The notes under the pieces were generated by a model, which worked only from the letters and a program-made list of their open reading frames with translations, made no database searches and had not been told where the DNA came from. Positions 12,201 to 24,510 of a stretch of 64,000 nt of DNA are shown in pieces. The stretch covers positions 310,001 through 374,000 of the forward strand of contig OZ287072.1 in NCBI GenBank assembly GCA_965645245.1, in the 5' to 3' direction. The first letter of the stretch is position 1; each line of letters opens with the position of its first letter. Made by a program: the position numbers and the translations under genes. Origin of the DNA: Massalongia carnosa (Eukaryota).

Positions 12201-12978
12201 ATTGCTACCCCAACACCCTGTTCGAATCTTCCCAAGAGAAAAATCTGCCTTGTTGTATTAGGGGATTCAGCGCCAAGCTAAGCCGATATTGTTCGTTGCA
12301 GAAGGAAGCTGGGATACCGGGCCCCTCTGGGGGAGGGGGTATATCTTGTATTATGGTTGTATCAGTCAGATGGTACCTCTATACATATTTAGCATCCATC
12401 TAGCAAATGATAGATATTAGAAAATCTGCAGCCAGCTCATACCCTAACACCCAGGAGTGTGGACATGCTCGTCTCTCTTGATTCCTATAGTTTAATTCCC
12501 CCCCACCCCAATGACCAAACGAGGATCAACAGAATGATATAATCTGCATTTCTGACTACCTATTCAAACCCCATTCTCTGAAATCCCCCCGATCCAGGTA
12601 CACCCACTTTGGGATACATAGATAATTAGATAGGTGAGATTTAAAAATAAAGCTGTTTCTGATTCCCAAAAAATTCGAAACCGAAGCAAAAACACGATCT
12701 AGATTGTTACACTAGCCTGAGACATTCTCGCAAAAGGGGAGGAGCTATGTCTTGCTTGCCATGCCCGTGTACCAAATCCACATATTAGAAGCAGCCAGAA
12801 CAAGATACTAGTATTCGACCTCACATGAACTAGCACGAAAAAGCAATAAAAACACTCGAAAGCTTTCGCAAGCGATTAGCATCCTCCCTCCCCATCCCTG
12901 CCAAAACGAAAGCTTGCTGAAAAATTAGCAGGCCATTAAGGTTTCATTCTTAGTTCCGCTTTTCAGATACAGCTGGCT

Positions 12979-14169
12979 TTAATTGGTTGCACAAATGCCT
13001 CTGGTGAGACGAAGGCGCTTGGAAGGTCTGGTTGCAACGGGAGCCGGGATGTCGAACTCGATGGATGGAATCGGGATGTCGCAGCCGGCGATACGCTTCC
13101 TCTCTCGGGTTGACCGATTGAAGATTTGTTCCCGAGCAGGTTCTTCTTCTTTAAATGCCACTTCCTTTTCTTTCTCCTCTTCGGCCTCTACTTTGCGCTT
13201 CTTACCTTGTGCTAGTCGTTTTGGTGCTAATAACACAGAGCGCGAAACTAGGGCCACTGCAGGATTTTGACGGGGAAATGCCATGAGTTCGCGCTTTGGG
13301 TTTGCAGCAATCCTCGTCCGCGTACTGTTAGCGGGTGTCGAGGTTGTGGAGTAGGCAGAGGAAGCAAGCGAGGTCCTATTGCGGAGCTTAGGAGAAGCCA
13401 AGGTATCAACAACCCTAGCGGCAGGAAGTTTGGCTGTAACTGTTGTTTGCTTCTTAAGCATACCGGAGGTGGGGTAGAGATCCGGGTCGATGACGGGGAG
13501 GAACTCCACTCCGGGAAATTCCAACCATTCATTAGCTGTGCCCACATCTTGGATCAAGTCGACGATTTTATAGATATCCGCGAAGGTCTTGCCATCCCCA
13601 AGGTAAGGTACCAAGAATCGTTCACGGCAGGGCCTTTTGGTACCGCTGTCGTTGACGGCGGTGAAGCTGCAGGCCTGACTGTTAGTATCCGCGGCCAGGG
13701 CTTGTGCTCCTCGCGCGATAGCAGCATTCTCAGCGTCCAGCTGCTTCTGCTCTGCAAGCCGGAGCGCCACGCTCCAGCTGGTGACGCCGCCCCACTCCTC
13801 CATGCGCTCGAGCTGCAAGCGTACGCAGTCGGCCTGTAAGCTGAGCCAGCGCTTGTATTTCTGACAGCGGAAGCGGAAGCGCTGATAATGCTTTCTGCAG
13901 TAAACGATAATGCAGGCGTCGTTAATCTGAGTCGTGCAAGCTTTGTTGCGGCCAAAGATGTGGGAGACAACCTTGCGATTGTCGAAGCAATCGCTTCGGC
14001 AAACGGTGACGGCGGTGCATGCTTCGTTAATGGCGCCATCGTCACGGACGGTGGGTTCTTCGGTGGAGATAATTAGGTTTTTCTGAGGGTCCATGGTCCT
14101 TGGTTGTTTGATTCTAGCGGGGAAGAAAAGGAGGGGTTGGATTGGGTTGAGAAGTAGTTTTATATCCAT
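12979..14169 (-). CDS. Fungal ORP1-like protein with a Cys/His-containing conserved domain and a disordered basic C-terminus
   Basis: 396-aa ORF with RKVVSHIFGRNKACT...YCRKHYQRFRFR...W...LR and FPGVEFLP, a motif set recurrent in filamentous ascomycete ORP1-like proteins. The start could be the second ATG (MDPQK). Confidence 0.6.
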   Translation of the reverse strand: MDIKLLLNPIQPLLFFPARIKQPRTMDPQKNLIISTEEPTVRDDGAINEACTAVTVCRSDCFDNRKVVSHIFGRNKACTTQINDACIIVYCRKHYQRFRFRCQKYKRWLSLQADCVRLQLERMEEWGGVTSWSVALRLAEQKQLDAENAAIARGAQALAADTNSQACSFTAVNDSGTKRPCRERFLVPYLGDGKTFADIYKIVDLIQDVGTANEWLEFPGVEFLPVIDPDLYPTSGMLKKQTTVTAKLPAARVVDTLASPKLRNRTSLASSAYSTTSTPANSTRTRIAANPKRELMAFPRQNPAVALVSRSVLLAPKRLAQGKKRKVEAEEEKEKEVAFKEEEPAREQIFNRSTRERKRIAGCDIPIPSIEFDIPAPVATRPSKRLRLTRGICATN

Positions 14170-16015
14170 CAGGTGCGTCAGGTGTTTTACAGACGATCGG
14201 GATGAATAGCTCTAGTAGTGGAGAGTCACTTGCTATTAAAATGCTCTGGTTATGATCAATCATCTAGAAATGAATATTATCAAAGTCATTCAAGTTTTAG
14301 GTCTGATGGAAGAGTGAAGACTTACAATAGGGAACTCGAAAAATGGGTTGATGATTGGTTAACACTGGAGTAGGCCAGTCTCATCTCTCCTTTATATGCA
14401 TTTTACAAGCTCTCAATTTCGCGCCTGGCTTTGAAGGTACGATCTCGAAGGGTAAATAATTTCAAATGTTAACAACAAAGGTTGTATAGTATAGAGCGTG
14501 GACAACATGTAAGAACATACACGTCCTAATTGAGCACTGGGACTATAATATCCCAAAACGAAACAGCATAGTTCAAATCCTAAGCCCTTCATCGCATGTG
14601 ACATCAGCCCAAACTGTGAAGGAAACAAACACGATAAGCCTTTCAAAGGCAAAATCACAGCTACAAGCCAACTTATAGAGAACATGTGAAATAGAAAGTA
14701 TTCCGAGTATGCTTTTCGTACTAGGGAGAGTCAAATTCACACTCTCATGTTCAAGTTACTCCATCGAATGTGCGTGAATACGAAGGACATCCTTAATCCG
14801 GAGGAAGGAAGAGTCTCATTACCCAACCTAGAGACATTGTATGACACGTAAGGCAGCCCAGACGCTTCAGTCTTCGTCGTATGGCATGGAGTAACTTGAT
14901 CCTTTAGGCATCTGAGAGTTCATCATCATTATATCTTTCCCAAATCTAGTCGTTTTCTCTTCTCTTGCAGTCGGACTCAGCCACTTGAGCGCAGATTCAC
15001 CTAATGACTAGTTTCCTATCTGGAATAGGCTGCCTTGATGAAGAATCATGAGGTTGATCCACTTCACATGCTGAGAATGAAACTTAGAAAGCTTTATACG
15101 CCACGAGGACCCAGGGGTATCCCGATAGCAAAATGTAGTTCCTAGGACACTGTTAGAATCTAAGCAGGTCTCGCAAGCTCCATTAACCGATCTCCCGTGT
15201 ATTGATGTGTGCTGTTACCGGACCGAGATTTATACTGATAGTACTCAAGCATCGTAGGTGAAGAGACCAGCATGGGTGGTTAGAAAGCCCAGATGCGGTT
15301 CCTTCCCCTATCATTACTTAAGAGGAAATCATCTGTACCGGAAAGGCTCCCAAGCATCAGGCATGAAATCTGATTCTTGATCAAAACTCTGAGTGGTTCT
15401 TCGATTGTCCTCATGCGGAGTATAATCACGTGATTTGACTAACTACCTAGCTCGAGTCACGTGACTAGGTTACAATTACCCACGCTAGTTCGTTTGGGGA
15501 ACTACATGTGGAAGCTTCCAACTGGTGAACATATTAGAAGATCGTTCATCCGTAAATCTCTTTCCTGACTCTTCTTGTTCTGTTTTGTATGTCAGGATTT
15601 CTATACAGATTCTGTGTTGCTGATTTGTTCTTGTTTTTTCTGAATGCTTTGATGTACTCAAGAGTCGTATACTATGCAAATCAAGTATGCTGCTTTTGGC
15701 TATCTTTATTTGCAACCCGTTACATTACGCCTTGTGAAACTTGGCACTGAGTAAATTTTTCGACCTTTTGCATTGATACAGCTCTAGAGAAGTGATCCAT
15801 CTAGCTATTCTTTCAAAGTCGTCGTACTAGACACTTTTCTTGTGTTCAAGCAAAATACAAGGCTTTGATCAGGACGCTTGATACATCAATCAAACTTGCT
15901 CTCATATATACACAACTTTTCACCGAAGAACTAGCCATCATCGGATTTCCATTGTCACAAAGGAGACATACCGCTGATCATCTTTAACGTCACTCGTACC
16001 GTCATTGATGTATCA

Positions 16016-19000
16016 ATGACTAAGGAACTCCAAAACAATGGTGTGGATATGGGCCTTCCAGGCGGCGTAAAAAGGAGCAATGCTGAACGCACCCAATTCG
16101 TTCAACCAAAACGCGGAGCTATATCAATTATCAAGCCACCCGTTGATTCATTAACAGTATCTCCCTCCAAAAATCCCCTCAACGGTAAGCTTCATATTTC
16201 TGAACCTTTGCCAAAATCCGGGGTAAGTCTGCTCGGTTCTGGTGGTGCAGATTCTACCGCACTACCATCTACTAGCCATTTGTCATTCAATCTACCCAAA
16301 AAAAGTTCATCGGCCATCTCGATGCTTGCATATAAAGGCCCTAACGTCCAAGAACATATTATTCGGCAGGATTTCCAAGTTAAAGAACATGAAAAATCCA
16401 GCCAAGAAGCTAACTCTACCGAATCACGATGGAAACCAGACATTTACATTAACAGTTTTGTCCCTAGAGCTTTTACTGCGATCAATTATTCTTCTGCTGT
16501 TCCCATAGCTAGCATAGGGGTTGAGATAATCGATTTTGCAGAATACACCAAGAATTTTGCGGGCGTGTATTTTATTCCTGATATGAAGGCCCTGGCTTAC
16601 CAACCCACACATAGTGACGGGAGAGTTGGTGCATCCTTCCGATTATTGGACATTGATAATTACACGGATTATTTTATAGATTCTCTTTTTTTGGATCTTG
16701 AAGCGCAAAACTCTAGGATACACTCTCATGATCTATTTGGAGTCCCTCTGATAGTAAACGAAGCTTCTCAATATATATTTACACTACATGTGCCAGGCCT
16801 AAGAGAAGGCACTCCTATCGTGTCTTATGGTGATAAGGTTATGCTGCGGCAGCTACGGCTAGACCCAGTCACAAAGGTTCCAATGTACATGGCACACTGG
16901 ATGTTACCAGGGGGTGGTTATAACCAAGGTACCCCTGCACCTGGATTTACAGGATATCAACTCAATGCTATCGTGATGGCGGTTGATAGGAGTGCCGAGA
17001 ATATTACCTTGCGAGTTAACGGCGTATTACCGGAGCCGTTGGTCTTCAACGTTTGTTTTGGCGTGCAAGTTCGAGACATCCAAAGCATGCAAAGAGCGTT
17101 AATGCGTGTAGACCATGAGCTAGCTCTAGCTCGTTCAACAAGTATCTCATCTAGATCTACCGAACACCATGGTATCAGCATAGCTATGGATACGAATACA
17201 TTCGCGAAGGGAGAAGTCAACAATTGGCTTCGCTGTATGCTTTTTCCTGTTGAAGCAGACGGAATATGGCAAGATACTCCCCCATCCGGAACGTTCAAAC
17301 AAAAGTTTATCGATCAGAGCCTTAATTACGAGCAAAAGGCAAGTAGTGTGTCTTAATCTTGTTCGGCAATATGGCTCTAATAGCATCAGCAGAAAGCAAT
17401 AGACTCCATTCAGTCCAAGAACTATGGCTGCATACCTTTTCTGATCCACGGGCCTCCAGGCACCGGGAAAACGAAGACGATTTGTGAGGCTGTTCGCCAG
17501 TTTTTTGTTGACACAACTTTCCGTGGAGCCGTCCTACTGTGCGCCCCGTCAGATCCTGCAGCTGATACCCTTGCTCTACGCTTGAAAGCGCAGTTTAATC
17601 AAACGGAAATGTTTCGTCTCAATGACTACAAAAGGACCTTTGCCGAGGTACCACAGGAGCTGTTATCATACTGCTACATTGAACGTGGCATATTCAGCCT
17701 TCCCCATTTCCCAACGCTTATGAAATACAAGGTTGTTGTTACCACCTGCTATGCTGCCGATATCCTTGTTCAAGCCCGCATAACCAACCGCGATTTGGTC
17801 TTCCTTGAGACGAACATGAAGAATATCTTAAATCCTTATTTTGCTCAAGATATCTCGCCTGTTTCCTTACATTGGGCAGCACTCTTAGTCGACGAAGCAG
17901 CACAAGCAACAGAGCCAGAACTCCTTATTCCCGTTTCCGTCATAATTCCACCAGCCTCCCACGTCGTCTCCCCTCTATTCGCCATGGCTGGCGACCACCA
18001 TCAGCTTTCTCCTCGAACCTATAACAAAACCACAAGCCTTCATATATCCCTCTTCGAACGACTCTCCGCCCTCCCAGTCTACGCCTCGCACCCTCTCTCG
18101 CGTCAAAATGCGCAAAGAACAACCCTTTTCCGACCCATGTTCCGCCCCGCCTTTGCGAACCTAACGCGCAATTATCGCTCTCACCCCTCCATCCTCGCTA
18201 TGCCCTCCAGACTCTTCTATAATGACACCCTCATCCCCGAAGCTACGGATATCGACTCGCTCCTCGCGTGGAGCGCTTGGCGCGGGCGCCGCTGGCCCCT
18301 TCTTTTTGGCTGCAACGGTGGCATTGACGCCTGCGAAGACGTCCAAGCAGCAGGTGGAGGCGGCTGGTATAACTTGCGTGAAGCCACCAAAGCAATTACG
18401 TACGCTGCGGATGTGCTATCATTGGGCCTTGTCGCGGCGCAGCCAGACATCTGCATCATGGCGCCTTTTGACACGCAGGTGCGCTTGCTGCGGAACATGG
18501 CACGGGCAAGGGGGCTTTTCGGCGTGAACATTGGTCCTGTCGAAGCTTTTCAGGGCCTGGAGAGCCGAATGGTTATTTTTTGTACGACAAGAACCAGGAT
18601 GAGGTTCGTAAACGCCGATACAGCCAGAAACGTGGGGGTTATGAGTGAGCCGAAGAAATTTAACGTCGGTATCACGAGGGCGAGGCAAGGGCTGATTGTC
18701 TTGGGGAACCCATGGGTGTTGGGCGCGGATAGGTGCTGGGCCCAATTCTTGGGATTTTGCTGGCGTAACGGGCTTTGGGAGGGAGAGGGAGAGGGAGAGG
18801 ATTTACACGACCCGATTGAAGGAGAGGAGGGGAGGGTGAATGAGTGGGTTCCTGAAGCCGAATCGGGAGCAGAGGGTGGGCTTCGTGGGATAGAAAAAGC
18901 GCTGGTTTATCGAGACAAAGGTGATGAGGGGGAGGGGTCGAAGGCTGCGCGAAGATTCTTGGGCGAGAGCATTGAGAATAGGATGTGGCGCATGGGATTG

Positions 19001-19039
19001 GAGGCTGAGGCTCAGGTGGTGCATGAAGACGAAGCGTGA
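16016..19039 (+). CDS. SF1 UPF1-like RNA helicase, MOV10/SDE3/Armitage type
   Basis: Two exons joined by a GC-AG intron (17339 to 17389/17392). Motifs: VPGLREGTP, LNYEQ, HGPPGTGKT, CAPSDPAAD, VDEAAQATEPE, GDHHQL, NYRSHP, VEAFQGLE and FNVGITRAR. Confidence 0.88.
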
Positions 19040-20581
19040 GCGGCGCGGATGAACGCTAGCTCCCCAGGAGGCGCGGAAAAGAGAGATTCGTGGAGCCGAG
19101 ATGCGTATCGCTGGATTTCGGAAGGCGAAACAAGAACAAGAGAAAGAGACTGGATCCCGCAAGACCGAGGGCTTGTTTGGGAGAGAATGTGGGAGTAGTG
19201 GTGGGTTTAGGGGGCTTGGATACTCCGTTTCGAGGGCCACCGAGCATGTGTGTTCTTCGCAATTCATTGTTGTAAGCGGAAGGTCGTGTTTAGATACCAC
19301 CAGGATATTTGCACCACTATTTTTGACAAACTATAAACACACAAGTGATTTTTTTTTTTAAAAAAAGAGGTGAACCAACAAGTAAGCTGTTCTCACTATG
19401 TAAAGCGGAAGGATACATGCCTTGCTGAGGCGAATACCTATTTCTTATAAATTTAGCCAGAAGCTCCGTTGTACTTCAACTAGTTTATATAACTAATGTT
19501 TTTCCCAGTTCGCGCTCGAGCGCTGTTCATTAGATCAAGAAACTTCTCATTTTTGAAGTAATTTCCTGCCGCTCTTCGTGACGTAAAGTTCTGCTATTCA
19601 TCATGGAATGACACTCTTGGAGAGAAATAGGACCCAACTGCAAGCTTTTCTGTAAATATATCCTGAATATTCAACTGACGGCATCACAGTTCCTTTGCAC
19701 GTGAATAACCTATTCTGATGGAACCCACCTTACTGGCACATTCACTCTCGTTTATTCCATACCATCACGATTGAAACACCTCTCGAGCATACGGGTTTTC
19801 CCTGAAATAAATGAAGAGTAGATACTGACCACCGCCAATTTTGTATTAATGGAATCACTCTAATTGGCCGTTATCCGATGATAAACTGCGTGAGCGCCAA
19901 AAACTTCAGTGCAAAGTCTTTTATCAAGTTTGCATTGGCGGGCCCTTACCCCAAATATAGGACCTGCCTGGGTTGATTTTATCTCAGTGTGTACGGGTTG
20001 GGTTCGGAGACTCGCTACAGCCTCTCAGTACGGCGAGCTTTGCCAAAGGAGAAAGATGTCTGCGACATTGGCTGTAATGTTGACTCTGGGTCGATTTCCT
20101 GAGAAGCGTGGAGGCTGACGGCAACGGCGAAGGAAGAGAGCTCCACAACGGGGATATTTTTTCCTGATGACGAGAGCGTAAGGTACCAGCATGCGGAGTG
20201 TGTTTTTCCTTATAATCATGCAAGCCATTCAGCGACGTTTCAGAATAGTTCCATGCAGGCGGAAAAAGCTTGATAATCGCTCCTGAGAGACGAAGTCACA
20301 GACTTTTAACCTTATCTTTATATTTCCTCTTGTTCTAGTCCTGAGATACCATAACTGTTGCTCGACCAGACTAATTGAACTCGACTGAGACTGTACATTC
20401 CATCCCGTCAGGTGTATGTCAGTAATTTTTCATTTCCTAAAGTAGCAGTAATGACTTTCTTAAAGGCTAAATGCGCTCCAGCAACTTTGAAATCCCTTTC
20501 GTAAAGCATAATCCTTAGAATTTACCAACGAGTCGTCCAAGTTAGCTATAGTAAACCCTAAGACGAGGCATATCCGTGTTA

Positions 20582-20674
20582 TCCCTCTCGCTGGTGATTT
20601 GGCAACCCTTATCAGGAATAATGATCTTCCGCATACTTTTGAGCGGGTGGTTGCCAAATCACCAGCAAGAGAGA
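20582..20674. mobile_element. 93-bp MITE with 26-bp TIRs and piggyBac-related termini, flanked by TA
   Basis: Left TIR TCCCTCTCGCTGGTGATTTGGCAACC (20582-20607) pairs with GGTTGCCAAATCACCAGCAAGAGAGA (20649-20674) at 24/26. TA lies at 20580-81 and 20675-76. The first 12 bp are identical to the TIR of the element at 1403. Confidence 0.85.
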
Positions 20675-20689
20675 TAACGCGTCGCTCCG

Positions 20690-20886
20690 TCTCTCTCAGC
20701 GTTAAAGAACTCTTTACACTCCGAGCCATCTGTCCGGATCTGCCAGCAGTGCATCCCCTACCCCAGGGCCCCGAATGACAAGGTAGAAGAACCCTGAGTC
20801 CTTGCATGCTTTGAAGAAGGCCTCCTTGCGCTCTCTTGGCTCATCATTAGAAGTTGAAAGTCGTTTGTGCAAACGGCGGCGCCATG
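20690..20886 (-). pseudogene. Degraded 2OG-Fe(II) oxygenase (DIOX_N-like) N-terminal remnant
   Basis: Fragments in shifting frames with stops: MAPPF..., NDEPRERKEAFFKACKDSGFFYLVIRGPGVGDALLAD, KEFF. The AC...GFFY motif is typical of DIOX_N. The MITE lies immediately downstream, and weaker relics may extend to about 19800. Confidence 0.5.
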
Positions 20887-21379
20887 GAGGCGCCGCTGGT
20901 TTTCCGGTGACCTTCCATTTGTCCAGCTCCAGATAAAGTATGCGGGGTTGGAATAAGCGTCGGAGCAAAAGTAGTCTGTAGAACGTTAATCCCCTGGAGA
21001 CAACGTGGCAGCTCCGAGTGCTCCGGGAGCTGATGCATCTTGAAACATGGTTCGGTGTTGATAGCGGCTATTTACGGCCACTACGGTAGGTCGGACTCGA
21101 ACAAGATAAATGCACCAGGTTGGCCCGATGATCATCTGTTGGAAGATTGCTGACAGACATCTCCTCTTGAGCAGGAGTACCACATCACTCTTATTAGACG
21201 GCACGGAGTGCCGTGGTCCCTCGCAAGGGAGAGTTTGTCACGAAAGTGAAGGGCTGATTTGTCGATATCCGGATCGAATATATATGGGTTTCGTAGGACT
21301 CCTATGAATCATTTCCTGATCACCCAGATGGCGATCCGATCTTGAAGATATCTATTTTCTTCTCTATTCATCAAGAATA

Positions 21380-22166
21380 ATGTCGCCCTTCTCATCTCTG
21401 GGATTTTACCTTTCCATTGGACTCACAATACGTTTGGCTATGACAAGTCACATTCCTCGGTCAGAAGACTCACTGAACGCAGATACATCTCTATTAAACA
21501 TTTTTTTGTCGCCGGATCCAGACATTCTGCCATCGCCAATCTCAAGCTCAGATCGAATAGATCAGGGTTTTTCGGTCTCGTCGTTCGATTTAAGCTTCAG
21601 CCAGCCCCCAACCACTGCAGCTGATTCAAGTGGAGAATCGAACGGCTCCGACGAGCCATCAACCGCCGTAACCAAAAACCCCTGCGGAAACGGTCGCACG
21701 AACAGCCGGTTACGAACGCGTGGAGAAACCGCCTGTAAGGCTCCTGAGGTAGACGAAGAAAGTGACCAATCCGCCACGCTTTCAAAGCCAAAAGATAAGA
21801 AACCATGTACGTTTCCGGATTTCCAGGTGCATCTATGCTGTCCCGGCCCGGGGAATAATCTACGTCCATTCGCATTGGGGTCATATTATAATGAAATATA
21901 CTGGTGCGTTCCTTGTAAGTCCTCTTGTGCAGACAAGCTTTTCCCCCTTCCAAATGAGGACTTAACTCTTTTACACGTAGACGTACTAGGTTGTCCATAT
22001 AAGTACAATGTTTGCTGTCAGGATTGGGCGGTAAGTCGCATCCCCCAACCGAGAAGGGTCCTAAACCAAAAAAAGCGAGAAAAACAAACACGAAATTAAC
22101 ACATGTTTGCAGACGTTCGACCAGCAAAGCCCAGGAAAACGATGCATATCTGCCGCAGCAGTTTAG
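21380..22166 (+). CDS. Small secreted Cys-rich protein with a hydrophobin-like C-CC-C-C-CC-C C-terminal domain
   Basis: Hydrophobic N-terminus (MSPFSSLGFYLSIGLTIRLA) and a Ser/Asp-rich linker. Introns 21915-21980 and 22031-22112 (GTAAGT...AG) give a spliced end ...KPCTFPDFQVHLCC...WCVPYVLGCPYKYNVCCQDWATFDQQSPGKRCISAAAV*. Confidence 0.65.
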
Positions 22167-22680
22167 CGTCAATCATGGGAAAAGGGGTCACTGTGGTTCT
22201 TGTTCGGGTGGCTAGTTATCTGGCGCGAAAGAGTACTGAGAAACACAGGGTGCATAATCTACTAAAGGAAATCGATTCAACGGGCGCATCGTTCCCGCAA
22301 GCGGGTGGAACTCTCAAAGTCTCTCGTTCTTCCATTCCTCCTTCTTATTCCTTTCCTTTGCCCCAAGACAAAACCAATCCCCCGGAAGAGAGACTGTCCT
22401 CATCTCCAAAGAGAAATTGACTGGCCTGGCAAGAACGGAGAGTATAATCGATTCAAACAAAGACAAACGTACACTGACGAATAATAAACTCGTGGATCCC
22501 ACCCCGCTTACCATTCCTCCTCCTCTTCTACTTTTACTTCTTCTTCCCCCTTTCAAACCCCTTCCTCAGCAAAAACCAAACCGTCTAAAAAGGGGGACTA
22601 AACTACTTTGAACCAAGCAATTTTCCCCCGAGCAAGAAGGAATCACGGGGGACGGGACTTCTTCAGCAGGGAACAATAAG

Positions 22681-22697
22681 GGGGGGGGGGGGGGGGG
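22681..22697. repeat. Poly-G tract
   Basis: A run of at least 17 G in the low-complexity intergenic region downstream of RRP4. Confidence 0.85.
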
Positions 22698-23244
22698 TTA
22701 GGGGCCCAAAATGGAGCGGGGGGAGGGTTCATTATATCTGTTTCATGTACGCCATTATTGAACCGAATCGGACTGAAAGAAAAAACTCGGGCCAAAACAC
22801 CAAAGGGGGGTTGAGAGAGAGAGGGAGAAGTGTATATATCCAGCTATCTATCTCCGTGGGATACCGGGTTAATAGATATTTGGGGGGAGGGGGGTAAACT
22901 GGGGTTAACTACATACCAATCACCTAGTAGGCAGCAGTTACCCACATCAAGCCCAACAACATTAATTATCTAAATTAACTAAATTAATAAATTATTTCTC
23001 CGACAGCAGCGCTCCTATTCCAGAGCACCGGGAGGGTGGAGGGTTGGAGAGTACGTTAGTTGGGGGAGGGAACTTTGGAATGATTATGAATGGATGAATC
23101 AGACAGAGGGAGGACTGGGATCTAGCATTTATTGTACTATCTATCAAAAAGCTCGCAAGAGTTTCTTATTGGAGGCTCAAATGCCGACCGACCTGACTAA
23201 CCTACCTACTTACCTGCCTGCCTACGCTAAACTTGAGGGACAGA

Positions 23245-24510
23245 CTACCTCGCAGCGACGAGAGCCAGGCGAACCACTCTCCTCCCCCTCTGACCACCGA
23301 GATAATCCCCACTCTCGCCGCGATCGTCCCCGTTCTCGCTATTATCGTCGTCGTCTCCGCCATGCCTTTCTTCCCCGCCATATTCCCCATCGTCCAACCC
23401 CACGCCGGTCTCCCCGCCGCCCATCCCGACCGCGATCTCGTAAGCCCGCGTTACCATTTCCTCGTCGACCCTCACGCCGGCCGCGACCAATGCCCGGACG
23501 CAGCCCGCCAGCCGCGTGATCTCCCGCCGCGTCGCCGGCGGGATGTGGTCGTTGCGGCTCGAGTAGCTGGCGCCGCTGACGGCGTCCTCGAGGCGCGTGA
23601 TGGAGATGTGGTGAGGCTGCTGCAGGGTCGACACGGGGATTTCGGTGGACACGTGCTTGCAGATCCAGATGTAGCCGTTGACGCCGAGAACGACATCGAC
23701 GGGACCCCCCCCACGCGCGGTGTGGACGGTCCAGACCTGCCGTCTCGCCCTGACGACCCCGCCACCACCGCCGGTGCCGCTGACGGCCAGGAACACACCA
23801 TTGCGCAGTTTCCCGTACTTGAGGCTGCGCGTGTGCAGGCTCGCCGCGCCGTCCTGGTAGATGGCCTGCACCTCCGCCACCAGCAGGTCACCCTCGCTGA
23901 AAAAGGAGCGGATGGCTAGCTCATCGGTGGCGGTGCGCTTGCGGAGGATACCGCCGGGAAGGTTAATAGCGCTGAGGGGTAGGTGGGCGAGTAGAGGGGC
24001 GGAGAGGTCGACTTTCCATCGCTTGGGTTGCACCTCGACGATGCGACCGACGACGAGATCACCGATTTCGGGGGTGTAGCGCGCGCGGAGGGGGTGGATG
24101 GACAGGAGCTTGTTGGTTTTTTGGAGGGTGCCGGCTACCGTGGCGCGAATGGCGGTACTACTTGGAGGGGCGAATGTGCCATGGCCTCTATGGTAAGCGG
24201 GTCAGCGAGTTAGCGGGTTCGATGGTTTCGAGAGGGGTATGCGGGATAACGGACACTTGGGTTGGTAGGGTTGAAGCGCGGGTGGGGGTGGGGGTGGGGG
24301 TAGGAGTGACCACCTCATCCATTGTGGGTCCTCGGTGACGGTTTCACCGGGGGTCACGATGGCATTGCCGCCACCAGAAAGCTTTGTCCGCTTCGAGGGT
24401 CTTCCGGCGTCGGGGAGATCAATGTCGCCATCAGAGTCGAAGTTGGAGGGAGAGTCGTCATCGTGGTATGGGTGGGAAGATGGGGCAAGGGGTAAGATTG
24501 TAAACACCAT
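23245..24510 (-). CDS. RRP4: Exosome cap subunit Rrp4
   Basis: Exon 1 ends [16 protein letters not shown] and continues GHGT after the intron. Further motifs: [58 protein letters not shown] and LGVNGYIWI. Confidence 0.95.

Noticed and set aside
11333..12235. 300-aa antisense ORF
   Set aside because: It is a shadow of the GC-rich MRPL22 gene on the opposite strand and has no recognisable motifs.
23233..23919. 228-aa plus-strand ORF and overlapping Arg/Pro-rich ORFs
   Set aside because: These are antisense or off-frame shadows of the high-GC RRP4 exon.
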